DNA from: Strigamia acuminata
Lineage: Eukaryota
Direction: 5' to 3'
DNA: 64,000 nucleotides
NCBI GenBank assembly: GCA_949358305.1
Contig: OX442314.1
Coordinates: 11,284,001 to 11,348,000 of the forward strand
The notes under the pieces were generated by a model that searched no databases, was not told where the DNA came from, and saw only the letters and a list, made by a program, of their open reading frames with translations. The position numbers were made by a program, and so were the translations under genes. Positions 31,434-45,800 of the stretch are shown here, piece by piece (within the stretch, counting starts at the first letter, position 1; each line of letters opens with the position of its first letter).

Positions 31434-33168
31434 TTAACTTAATTTCGAAACCAAAAGTGAATTATGAATAGTCTGTGGCGCAGGCGCATTCGGAACCGGC
31501 ATGAGCGTAGCATGATCCACCGACGAATGCAACATCAAGCCCAAAACCCCCGCACGATTCGCCATCGCCGTCCGAATATTCCTCTCCTGCTCGAACAAAT
31601 CGTCCAAACGAAGCCACTCGCGTACCCGTTCCATATCGATCTCAGCTCGCCGCAGTTTCTCCCAACAATAATGCCGATAACACTTCTTCTTCGGAACCGG
31701 ACAGTAACTATCCATAGGCTCCAGCGCCTTATTCATCAAAGTGCATCCACACACCTCGTCATCGGGAATCTTCGGCTCCTTCGAATGCTCCGGACACAAC
31801 ACCCGCAACCTCTTACAATAAGTCCTCTGTTGCGGGCTGTAAAAATCGCAAAACATGTTGTTCCCTTCGATCCGGGTCTTAAAAACCGATCCGAACGACG
31901 ACTGGCTCTCGTACTTGTTAAAACACTTCTCGAAATGACGTAACGCCACTTTTGCCATGATCTCGTGACCACAAGTCACGCAATACACGTTCAATTCGTT
32001 CTCCTCTTCGCCGTCGTTCGTGTCTTGGTCGATCACCGGCGTCTTTTTGCCCTTTTCGATCAGTTCGTCCAGTTTGACGTGTCGGGAATCGAGTTCGCGC
32101 AGTTTTTCACGCGCCTCCACTTGCTGTCTGCGAATAACTTCGAGCGTTTGTTTGTTTTTCTCCTCGGCGACGCAGGGACTCGTGTTCCACTGCTGGATCC
32201 GTTGCGGGAGGATCTCGAAGATGCGATTTGTCGCCAATTTAATGCCGCACTCGTCGCCGCAATATTTCGAGCCGGATCTAGCGACGAATTTGCACCCGGG
32301 ACCGTAACATTGGACCGGTCCGGTCTCCTCTTTCGTTTTACTGCCGTGTTTCGTTTTCCCGCTCTCTTTCCGGTGGTCCGGACGGTGCGAGCGTCGCTGC
32401 GCTTGTGTTTTCACTTTGCTTTTCTTGCTGGGGCTCTTTTTGTGCGGTTTGCGCATCTTTTTCGGCGGTTCGAACATCCCGCCATCTTGGATCTCTTTGA
32501 GAACTTCCAACTCTTCGTACTCGAATTCTTCCGAGTCGCACGACGAGCGCCGTTTGTGGTGTTTGAGTTTGATGCGGCCGATGATGAGCCCGAAGTTCTG
32601 GCATTGACGTTGTCTGCATTTTTGTCGGATTTTATTCGGGCCGCCGAATTTCCTCATGTCCTTGCAGAAGTCGCATCGGCCGCAGTCCTCCGTGCGGTAG
32701 CACGAGACACATTCGCCGCAGCGTCGCGAGGATTTACGGGCATTGCTCAGATTGTCGTAGTCTTTCTTGCTGATGTGTTTCTCCTTTTTCTTTTCGTAGC
32801 GGATTTTTAAGGATGGGTCCAAGCCGCGGCATACGTCGCAGAAATATTGACTGATGTCGGCCGCTTGAGATTCGGTGATGTCGACACAGTCGCCGTGGTA
32901 CCATTCGTTGCATTGATCGCAACAAATCATAAAACGGGAGGTGTCGGAGCTTCGACACATGCAATAAACATGTCCTTCTTCCGCGGCTGGGCGGCTGTAG
33001 GAGTGCAGTGTGTCGTATTCATTTTCGATGCTGCTTATGATGTTGGCTATTTTTGTCTGACGTTCTGGGAGAACCTCGTAGGACATTGTTGGTTGCTGGG
33101 GAAAATGAATTTTAGGTATAAGTTTGGGTTTTAAATTGTAATTTGATTGATTTACTCACATCAGCCAT
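31434..33168 (-). CDS. CXXC1: CXXC-type zinc finger protein 1 (CFP1, SET1/COMPASS subunit); exons 33168-33160 and 33095-31434
   Basis: PHD (YCMCR...MICCDQCNEWYHGDCV), CXXC with KFGG motif, QCYGPGC...SKYC, C-terminal RAGVLGLMLH; ATG GCT GAT|GTGAGT ... CCCAG|CAA in-frame micro-exon. Confidence 0.95.
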
Positions 33169-33656
33169 CGTAGCGGTAAACAATAATGGCGTCGATCAGG
33201 AAGTGGAAACGGAAGGGTAAGTTGGAAAAGGTGAAATTGAAATTTAAAAAGTAATAATAATAATGAAACATTTCTGAATTTTTAGTAAAAATTTAAATTA
33301 TATATTTAAAATAATAATTATTTAAAAAAATATAATTTGGGTTTTCGTATTTCTTTTGTTTACAGCGTATTCTTTCCGCTAATTGACCACATTTTAGATA
33401 CACCGGAATTGGGTAATGTATGAAAAGAAACAGTTTTTATGTTTACCTATAATTTATTCTGAAATTTAGAAAATCGTACGTTTAAATTGTCCGATTTTGC
33501 GATTATACTTTTTTTATTTGGCCAAGAAAAAATTCTTTTTATATAAAATTGATAATTGTGTCTATTTATTTTTAGTGGGCGAACGGGGCGAAGCCTGTCA
33601 TGTGATAACAATTTGATAGATCGTGATTATTGATGAAAGGAAAGTAAATTGTCAAA
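33169..33656. promoter_or_regulatory. Short divergent (bidirectional) promoter region of CXXC1 and Vps39
   Basis: ATGs ~490 bp apart head-to-head; AATGGCG (YY1-like) and GGAAG (ETS-like) motifs at ~33185-33215. Confidence 0.55.
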
Positions 33657-36600
33657 ATGCACGATGCTTACGAAGCCCTACCGATTATAGAGAAATTACC
33701 ATTGGTAATTGAATGCATCACCACTTGTGGTAAACATTTATAAAAATATATTAATTTGAATAATTTCTATCATTTTTAAATTGAAAATTGCAGATGATAA
33801 TCTATTAATTGGTACCAAACAAGGCCATTTATTAATGTACAATATTTCGCCCGGAAATAAAGGTTTGTAAGGGTTACTAAACGTGAAAAATGAAATATTA
33901 ACCGATGATGTTTCCAGGCGATGAAAAATTTGAAGTGACGCTAGCTCGTTCTAATAAATATTTTTCAAAACGGCCAATTTTGCAATTGGAAGCGGTAACA
34001 GAGTACCAAATCCTCATTTGTTTATCAGGTGGAAAAGCGTCGAGTTATTTGTATGATTTGTGTTAATGATTTTTATTTATTTTTGAATTTTAATGCAGAT
34101 AATGTAATAAATATTCACGATATGACGGTTTTTAATTTTCCGCTGCTTTTTACGCTGGAAAAGACCAGAGGCGCGGTGCTTTTCGCTCTGGACAACCAAG
34201 TTGTATTAATTTCAGATTATGTTTTGCTGCCGAATTGAATAGAATTTTAATTTTGATAATTTGCAGAAGAAAACATCATCAACTGGAGAAGAAAGCTGCA
34301 TATTACGGATGTGTGTTGCTGTTAAACGCCGTTTATTGGTAAAATTGAAGAAAATTCAAGAAGATTTTACGTTTTTTAACAATTTTTTATTTTAATAACA
34401 GTTTTTCTACTGGAAAAAAAGGATGTTTGAAGATTTATCAGTATGTTATTATTATTATTTTTTTTAATGTTTAATTTAATTTAATTTAATGGATTTTTGT
34501 TATATTTAGACTGAGTTTTGTGTTCCTGATGTTCCCAGAGCCATCGCCTGGTGTTCGGAAGCGGTTTGCGTCGGTTTAAAGCAAGAATATTATTTAATAA
34601 AAGTAATAATTTATAAAAATACACGTTTAATCACTTGCTTAACATGTGTTTTTATTCATTTCAAGTTGTCAGGCGTTCAAATTGGTCTTTTATCGACGAA
34701 TCCATCGTCGGAAACGAATGTTATTCGCTTAAAGGGTGATCGCCTCGCACTTTCCAAGGATAATAAAACTGTTTTTCTGGATTTAGAAGGCAATCCGATT
34801 CACAAGGACTGGGTTACGTGGTCAGAATCATTAATTAATTTAGGTTTGGTTTGTCGAATAACGATTTTTTAGGATTTTGTTATAATTTTCTGCTTTAAAT
34901 TTAGAATACGATGCTCCGTACTTACTAGGCGTTGTGTCCAATCAGGTGGAAGTGAGAACTATAAATCCCCGTATCCAAATCCAAGATATCAAATTGAACA
35001 AGCCCAAATACATAAAAGCCTGCCGCTCGTAAGATTACATATTTTAATTTATTGATTTTTGTTTAATTTGTGTTTGTTTTCGCTTTCAGTGGCGGACGTT
35101 TGTTCGTAGCTTCGTGTTGTAACATTTGGTGTTTGGTTTTGTCCCCGGTCAGTCAACAGATCAGTCAGTTGATTGAGCTTAAACATTTCGAGCTCGCGTT
35201 GCAGTTGATTGTAAGTAAATAAAAAATTTAAAAATTTAAAAAATTAAAATTTTGATTTTATTAATTTTTTTTTTGGTTTTTAGAATTTAACGAATGACGG
35301 AGAAGAAGAAAAGAAGAGATTGGAGCAATATATTCAAAACAAATACGCGTTTGACTTGTTTTGCAAGTTTAAATTCGACGAATCTTTAGAAATCTTTTTA
35401 TTATTAGAAACAGGTACGAAATTCACAAATAAATAAAAAAATCAATAAAATCAATTCTTCCTATTTAATATTACAGATGCCTCGCACGTAATAGGCCTAT
35501 TTCCCGACCTTTTACCTAAAGATTATCGAAATCAACTGGAATATCCCGGAAAACTGCCCGAACTTACCGGAACGCACTTAGAAAACGGTCTAATGGCCTT
35601 GATTTCATATCTAACTCAAGTCCGGCACAGTCTAACGAAACTTTTAAACAAATCTTCACCGGAATACGCGCCCTTGGTAGAAGGAAACGCAACCGTGCCA
35701 TCCAAGACTAAACTACACCAAATAATCGATACAACATTAGTTAAATGCTACTTAAAGGTGCCCAAATTCCATTTGTCGGGTCATATTTGTTCTAATTTCT
35801 CTTTTTATCCATATTAGACTAACGACGCACTCGTCGGCTCCCTTCTCCGGTTGCCAGATAATAATTGTCACGTGGAAGAAACCGAACGGGCATTGAAACA
35901 ACATCAAAAATACAACGACTTAATTACTCTCTACCGATGCAAATCGATGCACGGAAAGGCTCTGGAACTGTTACAACGACAGGCGGTCAAAGAAGATTCG
36001 CCTTTGAAGGGCTACGATGAAATTATCAAATATCTTCAACATCTAGGTTTTATTTAATTAATTTGACGTGATTTAGAAATTATTAAGAGTTTATTGACGT
36101 AGGTAGAAATCATTTATCGTTGATTTTACGCTACGCTCAATGGGTTTTGAAGGAAGCTCCCGAGAAGGGATTGAGTATTTTTGCCGATGATATTCAGGAA
36201 GTCGAATCGCTACCGAGGGATGAGGTTTTTAAGTTCCTTCAGGCTTTTGACACGAGTTTTCTCATTCCGTATTTAGTGAGTGGTGTTTTTAGGTTGGAGA
36301 AATTGGTTTTTAATTTTGGTTTTGTTTTAGGAATATGTTATTTCAGTGTACAATGACGATTCGACGATATTTCATAACGCGCTCATATTGCAGTATCTGG
36401 ATAAGATTTTGAAAACGATGTCGCGTAATCGTGAGTGGATTAAACGCCCAAAACGTTGTGTGTTGTGTTAAAATGTTTTTGTTTTTGTTTATTTTTGTGT
36501 CAGCGAATTACGTTGAGAACGACGAAGCACCGAAGTCGGAATTAAGCGTTTTACGTGGGAAATTTATTGATTTACTCAATTCTTCGAGTTTTTACGTACC

Positions 36601-37591
36601 TGAGAGCATTTTGGTTCATTTTCCATATGATTGTGAGTCTTTGCGCACGTTTTCGATTGAGATTAGCATTAATTTCTCTTTTTTTTAAACTTTTTTAAGG
36701 TTTGTTTGAAGAAAGAGCTGTCGTTCTCGGGAAACTCGGTCGTCACGAACAGGCGTTAGCGATTTATTCGCTAGTTCTTGAAAATTTTGAAATGGCCGTC
36801 GATTATTGTGGAAAAAGCTACAATAAGGACAACCAAGACGTAAAAAAAGAAACAACAGATTTTTATTTTTCATCAAACCAATTTAATTAGATATTTATTA
36901 TTTATTTTTAGGTGTACTTAACGCTCTTTAAAATGTATATTTCTCCATCCAAAAATATATTAGAAGGAATGGCGCCGTGGCTAGAAAACACTAAACCAAA
37001 TCTACCAATAGCTTTGCAGCTTCTGAAAGATTATTCAACTAAAATAAATCCTTTAAAAGTAAATGTTTTTACAAAATATAAACGTTCCACATCGCATTTC
37101 TCGATTTACAAGCACAAATGTGTGGTTTTGCGTCAAATTTATGTAAAAACGATGCAATACGACTTAGAAATGTTTTGTTTTGATGTAAAATGGCGACCAA
37201 ATGTTGGAAACAATTCGAGAAATGCGTTTAAACGAGCGTAGATTTGTTTTTGTAATGTAATTTTGTTTACAGGCCATTGAACTTTTGCCAAACTCGCTTC
37301 CATTAAAAGAATTGCAAAGGTTTTTAGAAAACGTTCTAGAAGAAAAGGTAGCCACAGTACGCAACTGCCAAGTCATAAAAGCGCTTTCGTACGCGGAACA
37401 ACTTCAAGTAGAAAGCATTTAATGAATTAGTTGCAATATCACTAAATATACGTTTATTATTTAGGTACACGAGCAAAGAATAAGATATCAATCACAAAAG
37501 ATTATCATCACTGATATAAATACTTGTTTCGAGTGTAAAAAACGGATTAATGTCAGGTAGAATTCCCCATATTCGTCCTTTTGTGTCAATT

Positions 37592-37626
<35 letters not shown>

Positions 37627-37718
37627 TTTTCAGTGCCTTTATTCAGTACCCGAATGGCGAAGTTGTGCATTTCTTTTGCCGCGAGAAATATCAGTCGAAA
37701 CGATTAACTGTCCATTAA
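33657..37718 (+). CDS. VPS39: Vam6/Vps39 HOPS complex subunit (multi-exon, ~20 short GT-AG introns)
   Basis: Start MHDAYEALPIIEKLP; CNH domain; IIDTTLVKCYL, NNCHVEETE, LFEERAVVLGKLGRHEQAL; C-terminal C-x2-C...YPNGEVVHFFC; stop at 37716-37718. Confidence 0.93.
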
Positions 37719-38303
37719 AATTGTATTTTTAATTCATTACGCCAAGTGATAAATCAAGAATGTATAAAAATTTGTTACTTTTCTATACATTTTATCAATC
37801 AATTTAATTTCGTGACGTTGTATGTATATAATTTTAGGTTTGTCGACTTTATGATCATGAAATAACTAATTGGATGCGAAATTATCAATTATTTTATGCA
37901 GCATTTGTTAATTTTCATATATATTTTATTTAAGAAAATAATGAATTTAATTTTGCTGACAATAAAAAGAGAATTTTAAGCAATGTTGATAACTTTGTGA
38001 GAGCAAAGATTAGAAATTTTTTTAAAAAAAAAGATAAAGCCAGTTCGGCTGCACCTGACGGCGCTCGCATCCTATGCTGCTATTACATCACGCTGACGCG
38101 ATTGTCTATATCAAATTCATCCGCAGGAAAATATAAACAAATCTCCAACCTAACAAACATCCGCCGAAACAACACAAACCCCAAATTAAACAAACCTAAA
38201 ACAATATGCATTAAAAATAAATCATTCTAATTCGTCAAATCCAACGAAAAATGCATTTTACACGAGGGACTCATTATATGCGGCGACAGAACTCTGCGCC
38301 TCA

Positions 38304-38452
38304 TCAGTCGTAACTCGGACTGCGGCCCACCCTGTCTGCACTCTTCGGTAGGAAAGCAACGGATGAGTTTTCACCCCCTTTAGGCAGATCGACGTGTGTT
38401 GTTACGAAAATTAGCTCTTCTAGCCTGCTTGGCGTAGGACACCGTGCATTAG
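38304..38452 (+). promoter_or_regulatory. Candidate TSS / non-coding first exon of beta-spectrin
   Basis: Inr-like TCAGTC at 38304, GC-richer stretch, donor AG|GTAAAT at 38453; not verifiable without RNA data. Confidence 0.3.
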
Positions 38453-40688
38453 GTAAATACAATAAATTTTCGCGGGACTTGAATCACTCGATGCAAACCG
38501 ATCGGCTTTCGGGCGTCGGCTTCGCGATCCCCAATTCCTCCCCTCCCACATCGAATGGACTCGAGTTAAATGGCGAATCGCCGTCCCTTTGCCAGCTCAC
38601 GGGTGTGTCCCACGTCCACCTAACGAAAAATAGGTTTAATTATAAGGTGTACAATAATCAGATAATAAAAAAATTAAATCGTTGGTATCACTTTACAGGT
38701 TAATGCTGGATGAGAACTCGACATTTTTGTGTGCGAGGTTTAAGGTGGAAAAATAGGTACAGAAAAGTGGAAAATATTTTGAAAAAATGCAATATTGGTG
38801 GCATTAAATGGCTGGAGATGTGCTGGATGTTGCGAATATTGAAATAGGTGTATGGTTATGTCACGATGAGGTGTAATAAGAAACCAGTTTTGATTTCCTT
38901 AGTGCAACTTTAATAGAAATGGATGGAGGTATTGACTTAGCATTATGTTGAAACTTGTTTCTGTTTTACATTTCCTCATTTTTTTCCTTTCTTTAATTTT
39001 AATAGCTATTATTCATGGTTTAAATTTAAAAGAAAATTATTAGTAATTAGGGTGAAATAAAATATTAAATTATGTTTTATTATATTATATTATGTCGGCA
39101 TAAAACTGATGATCGCAAGATCGAAAGGCCTTTGCTAGAAAAACTATTTGTTTTGTTTTTGTTAGATTTTAGAATCATTATGTATGTCGATTGTTTTTAA
39201 AATTCGGTGAACTTTTAGCCTTTAGTGAGGGGGCTCCCGAATATACAGGGTGTCTCAACTATTATTATTTACATTTTTTTTCAGACACTGTGTGTGTGTT
39301 TCCCTTAACGTTCTGTTATTGTGGAACGAAACAACATAAACAGCGTAAAGCTGTGGTTGTCTTTTCCTCGCATTATGGAGATAGAGAATATCGAAAAAGA
39401 GTTAGAACTTTGTGAAACTGGCATGCTGCCTATCTAGCGCTGATTTGTATCTAGACAGGTAGAGAATTTTGTGCATCTTGGTACACAATTATGAGCCAAT
39501 AGTGCTGAAAAGAATGGAACTAAAAAGTGTTAAATCCACGATTTAGTCATGTATTGAAAATGTTTCTTTTCCAAATGGGGCATGAAGCCTAACTGGGATG
39601 AGGTCATGTTTCCATGGTAACTTGCAACACATTAATAGTGGACTATTTCCAGGATAAAACCTTGGAAAAGAAAAAACTGACACTGAAATTGAAATGGAAG
39701 CCATGGAGATGATTACCTAGGGAGATTTAAGATGTGAAAATTTTAAATACTATAAATAGAAATGAAGAAGAAAAAACATTTTTCCCATACTATTGTGTGC
39801 ATATCTTTATTTTTTCATACACAAGGATAAAAATAGAGCTACCTACATATTTAAAGGAGGAAAAAGACTAAAATTAATTCCAGGTCTTAAGAAATATCCA
39901 GCAGGAAGCAGGTGATAGATTAAAAATAATGAAACAAATTGAATGCAGGTTTATATATATATATGTATATACAAAACAAATTTTATTTAATCGTTAATTG
40001 TGATACTTATCAAGGGAGTTGTTGGAAATTGTGATCTGTGGGGGTTTGAGTTTGAAATGAAAGTAGGTGGACACCGGATGAAATGCTACACTGCAACTGG
40101 AACTTTGATGTCAATGTTCCTCTGTATTTTGTTCACTTTTCATACTGGCTTAATGCCAGGTGAAAACCCTTTAACTTTTAAATATAGATTGACAAACCCA
40201 TTTTTTATAGATATTTAATTAAAATAATTATTTTTATATTTAATTTATCTCTTTTTATTTAATAGGTATAATTAGAGTTGACAGGACAGCCATCTTTGGA
40301 ATATTGTGTATATTTATTATGAATTATAATGCTGATGATGGATTACGATGAAGGAAAAACAGTGTAGAATATTTTAGACAAAATAATTTCTGCATAACTT
40401 TGCGGATACCTCTCCATAGGGGTTTCCAAGAGTGAAAATTTAAAGCGGTGCACGAAATATGACACTACGCGGACAGAATTTTGCCACGTAAGGCGCAGAG
40501 GTGGATTTATAGTTCTCATAGTTCTCACAAAAAGGCTTCGTGCAACGAGAGCCCGTCAAATTTCGAAATATTTATTTGATGTGAAAACATAAGGCCCCTA
40601 AAAAGGGCTGCGGAAGGGCCCCACAGCGCTTCTTGAAGCTGCCGGTCCACCACTTTAGCGTTGAAATGCAAAGATTATGTAGGCTTAT

Positions 40689-40825
40689 CAGGGCTGGACT
40701 GGGAACAAATTTAGTACCGAGAAATTTGGACACGTCGGGCCACGGGAACAAATTTAGTACCGGGAAATCTGGATACGTCGGGCCACGGGAACAAATTTAT
40801 ATCGTCACGGGCCAGTCCAGCACTG
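40689..40825. mobile_element. Small hAT-like MITE with internal ~43-bp tandem repeats
   Basis: TIR CAGGGCTGGACTGG / CCAGTCCAGCACTG; GGGAACAAATTTA repeated three times; TSD imperfect (GGCTTA on both sides). Confidence 0.6.
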
Positions 40826-42854
40826 GGCTTAGTCGAGCAATGTTAGGCTACAGGTTCGTAATACATTGGGACAAAAAATACCGGTCTGCTACATTACATA
40901 GTTTGAGAAGCGCTGGTGTTCAAGGTCTTATAGATGTTATTGTTTTCGATTACTTCAGCAGATGTAATTTTAATGAGAAAACAAAATACCTGAGGGTGAG
41001 GGTCGTATGAATTGGAAATAAATGATTAGATAAGACGTTAGGCAAAGGCTATGAGATAAAAGAAATAATTTAATGATGTGGACAATAGGAAGTTGCCTAT
41101 TAAAGGTTAGGTATTGCGTTGGTGTTGACAAGTGGATTTAATTGGATTATGTATCTGTTTTAAAATGAACTATGGCCTAATTTTTTAATAATATCTCAAG
41201 TTTCTTTTTTAGTTTTACAATTTTTTTTTTATTAAAGTTTTCTAATGTAGAAAGAAACAATTAAAAATGATTAAACATTGTTAGCCCTCCATCTTACTCA
41301 CACATCCTCCTGCTATACTTAGCCACTGACAAATTGTTCTGGTGAAGAATTTCGCAGCCATTTTCTTCCATTTTTCTTCCATCTAAATATCTTATGACTT
41401 GTTATGATGAGTAATGGCTAAACTTAGTTTGTTTAGTGTTGGTCAGATTTTAGGATGTTGGAAATAAGTGAAACAGGGCCAGGATGGGTTGCTATAAACC
41501 ATTTATTAGTATCATTTGATGATGACCCCATTTTTCGCTTTTACATGTGTTGGGTTTAACTGGATTCTGTTCTCTTTCACTCCCCGTTTTCATCGCTCTT
41601 CCCATTACCTCCCACAGCTGCAGTTTATCGTGCTGGGTCTGTGGCCTGGAGAAAGTAGGAGATGAATTTTTTTCCTTCCTTAACCCATCTGTTGAGGTGT
41701 GGCCCTTACAGCTGATTTTTTGGTGGATTTGTAATAATTTTTTAATATTTTTTTGTGTGTGGAATTTTGGATTTTGGGCTTAAAATTATTTGAAATTTTG
41801 AAGGAAAAAAATGGGAGAAAAAATAACGGTTTAATTAGATATGTTAATTTTTATTTTATTTATTTTTTATTTTTAGAATCTATTTATTTAGTTTATTGCA
41901 GGTTAAGACTTTATTTTTAAGTTTTAGCAGGTGAGATGTTTTTTTTTTTCGTGACCCTTGGTGTTATTGACTCGGGTGCGAGAGTACACGCGTAATGGTT
42001 AGGCCTAAAGAGCGATGAAGGGCAAGTCTGTGTATTCGTGTTTAGCGAAGCGTGACATCGTTCCGAGAAACTAAACTGGCCGTTAAATTCACTTGGATAG
42101 AATAATATGGAAAGTGTGTTTGATTAGGTGCCGATGATTGATCGTAAAAATTAAAAACGAGGAAAAATAGGGAAAATAGGCCTAAACGAAAAGAAAATCG
42201 AGGCCGGTTGTTGTCGATTGTAAATAAAAATCTAGATTTGGGCGGTGGCAGACAAATCGGGAAAATGAGAGCAATTTTTTCGAGAAAAAAATAGATTAAA
42301 GCGTTGTGGTGCCTTCGTTTTGTTTTTAATCGATCATCTGGTGTTGAAAATTGAATGTTTTCGGAAAAAAAAATTTTGAAATCCACAAAAAAAATATTTT
42401 AAAAATATTTTTTTTTTTTGGTTTTCTCGTTTTTGAATGAATAAATTCGTGATGGCCTCATTAAATAGCGAATGAATTCTTGTGACCACACTGGAGGCCA
42501 GCTTATTTTATAGCGATGATGTCACACTTTCGGGGTGTGGTCGTGGCACACACCGATCTAGTGTTTTAAACCCTCGTATTTAAAATAACTGGAGATTTAT
42601 ACCCATAAATCCCATAAATATCATCGTAATTTAGTTGGGCGGACTCATTTTCAAGTGTTATTTGAATCGAATCGGCCCACAGATCGCATTTTGTAAGTAT
42701 CTTGTGTCTGGGTTCTCATTGGCTCTGTTGATTGTGAACTTTGATTTTTTTCGTGTCAATTTTTTTTTGTAAGAAAAAAATTAATAAAAAAAAATTATTG
42801 GATAAAAACTAATTTATTATTTATTTAAATAGGGTCTAGGCACGGAGTGCAAGC

Positions 42855-45800
42855 ATGACAACAGACATTACAGTCCGTTGGGACGGTGCCCAAGAAATAG
42901 TGGACGATTACGACTACGATGGAGGAAACAGTTCCTCACGATTGTTCGAAAGATCGAGGATTAAAGCCTTAGCAGGTACAATTTACACTTGTGAATCGAT
43001 TATTGAGGGGTTTTACTGGTTTGATTGGTGTTTTTATGGATTGGAACAGGTTTTTTCTTTACACGATTTGGGCCGGGGCCAGCTGGGAAAATAGCCGGGT
43101 CGAATTTTATAATTTTTTCGCTTCTAGGAAAATGAAATATTTTAATTATTGAAAAATTTGATTTTTATCGTAGTTTTTTAAGAGGTAAATTATATTATTG
43201 GTTTCTTTTTGCTTTTGTTTTTTTTTAATGCTGAAAATGCATTTTTTATGCGCAGAAACGCATTTTTTGAAGTCCAGAAAGACATTTTTTGAAGCAAAAG
43301 TACATTTTCGTGAGTAAGATGTACTTTTATGTGTAAAAATACATTTTTATGAGCAAAAATTTAATTTTTTAAGCGCAAAAACTGCATTTTTATGCGTGAA
43401 AATACAATTTTTTGCTGCAGAAATGCATTTATGCGTCAAAATACAATTTTTTGTTGAACAAAAATGCATTTTTAAACGCAAAAATATTTTTTTATGCAGA
43501 TAAAAATGCATTTATTGAACAAAAATACATTTATATAGAAACAAATGCACTTATCAATTGCTAAATATTCATTTTTAAACTCCCAAAAAATCCTCTCTTA
43601 GCCGTATTTCTATTCCAGCTTTAAAAACACAATAACACCTTAAACGAAACTGAATTTAGCATTTTAACGGTTTTAATTTGTATTTAGTTGCCAAAAACCT
43701 ACGATACACTTCCACGAGTGTTAAAACTAAGGCTTCAATCTTAAATCAACTGTTAATTGCACAAATGTGCCACACAGCTGAGAAACCTTTTATGCAGCGG
43801 AGGAATGGCCTTGTGAATGTTTGCGTTGTTGCTGGAGTTAATAGAACGGGAAAAATAATTGGAAAAAAAAAAAAGATTCCGGTGAACCGGTCTCGAGTAA
43901 ATGGACTACCCCGTTTGAATTGCAACATTGTCTATCCTCCATTCTGACAAACAGAGACAAAACAGCATTCCGCAAGCGCAAATGCAGCTCGAATGACGTG
44001 AGACTGAGACGTGTACTCTGCACTTCCGCCTTTCTTTGCATTTAATTCGCTCGTAATCGCAGGATGTGAACAATTTTCAAATGCTGCTATTTTCGTTCTG
44101 CTCTGTGGTTCATTGACAGCCATTTTTAATTTGCGAGCTGCATGAATATTAAAGCGCCTTTAAGCTTTAAAGACTAAGAATCTTTTTTTTAAATTTTATT
44201 TATTATTTTTGAGAAAATATTTCGACTTTTGATATTTGGATATTTGCACATAAGATAAAGTGTTTTTCAAGGTTATGGCATTCAAATGGATGCGGTTTAC
44301 GTAAACTATTTTATCAGGTCTGAGCTCATTTTAACGAACGTGCGATAAGAGAAGTGTAAAAATGTGGTCAAAGTGCAGTCTGCAGTGCGACGGTGATTGT
44401 TCAGTCGCAATGCCGCAGTGAGTCGACCGCGCGCCGCTTGAAATAGCAGTCATCGCCGGTCAAAAAAATTTCGTCATTACTAAAAATAATTTTTTTTTTT
44501 TTTACTGTTTTGTAATGATTATTTTATAAATTTAAACCTCTTTGAGGTGGTGTTTTGAATGTTTCCCACTTTAGGCTTATTGGATTAAAGGACAAGTGTG
44601 TTTACACTTGGGTGCGCATTGTGTAAACAAGTTCGCTGTACGGTGACCATGGATTAAAAAGTGAATTGGAAATTTTGGATTTTTGGGACGTGTTCGGGGC
44701 GGAGAAATTTGTGACACAAGTGTTAGCATGAAATTTGGATAATTGGAGCAGATGATTGAGTTAGTTCGGGGATTTCACGCCAATCAATCACACAAGGGGA
44801 TCATTAAATATGTAAACAGTTTTGTTCGAAAGGGATCGGGCAAATGTTGCGCGGCAGGTTTTGGAACCTTGAATGTTTTTCTTTTCGGTGTGGGATTATG
44901 CATTATGTCATCGGGTGAGATTGTATGACCTATTAAGTAAGGAAGATTTTGAAGAAAGAAGGAATAAAGTAATTTAGATAAAAAATACCTTGTTTTTTTT
45001 TAAAAATAAAAATTAGTGAGGACTCGTTGGGGCTCGTTGGTTTCTGCGGTTTTGCCAATTGTATTGTTTTGGTTGGTTTTTTTGTTCTTAAAAGGCGACT
45101 TGGTGGGTGGTTAGTTTCCTGTTTTTGATTTTGTGATATCGCGAAATGTCGTATTTCCTGTTGGTTGAGGAAAGATTTAGAATAAAAGTTCAGGATTTGG
45201 ATAATTTTTAATTTTTTTAGATGATTTTATTTGTGAAGGAATTTGATATAAAAAATTGAATATTGGATAAAAATGATGCATTTTGGTGAGAAAATGATGA
45301 ATTTCGGTTAGAAATCGGATTTCGGTTAGAAAATGATGAATTTTGGTTAGAAAATGATGAATTTTGGTTAGAAAATGATGAATTTTGGTTAGAAAATGAT
45401 GAATTTTGGTTAGAAAACGATGGATTATTGTTAAAAAATGATGGATTATTGTTAGAAAATGATGAATTTTGGTTAGAAAATGATGAATTTTGGTTAGAAA
45501 ATGATGAATTTTGGTTAGAAAATGATGAATTTTGGTTAGAAAATGATGAATTTTGGTTAGAAAATGATGAATTTTGGTTAGAAAATGATGAATTTTGGTT
45601 AGAAAATGATGAATTTTGGTTAGAAAATGATAAATTTTGGTTAGAAAACGATGGATTATTGTTAGAAAATGACTGTAAAGTAAATATAAAACCTTCAAAA
45701 ATCATTGACCAGAAACTACATTAAAATAAATATCTCGACATACTAAAAAAGCCGGAAGTCAAAACAAACACAGAAACTAAAATCCAAATCAAATCCAAAC

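Noticed and set aside
31464..32810. 159-aa and 281-aa plus-strand ORFs
   Set aside because: Antisense shadows of the GC-rich CXXC1 exon
38700..42800. Scattered 60-125-aa ORFs between Vps39 and spectrin
   Set aside because: No homology cues; AT-rich presumed 5' intron or regulatory DNA of beta-spectrin
45177..45724. Repetitive ORFs (FLTKIHH)n, (SNQNSSF)n, (ENDEFWL)n; superficially CRISPR-like or repeat-protein-like
   Set aside because: Pure 21-bp minisatellite with no spacers, open in several frames, inside a spectrin intron
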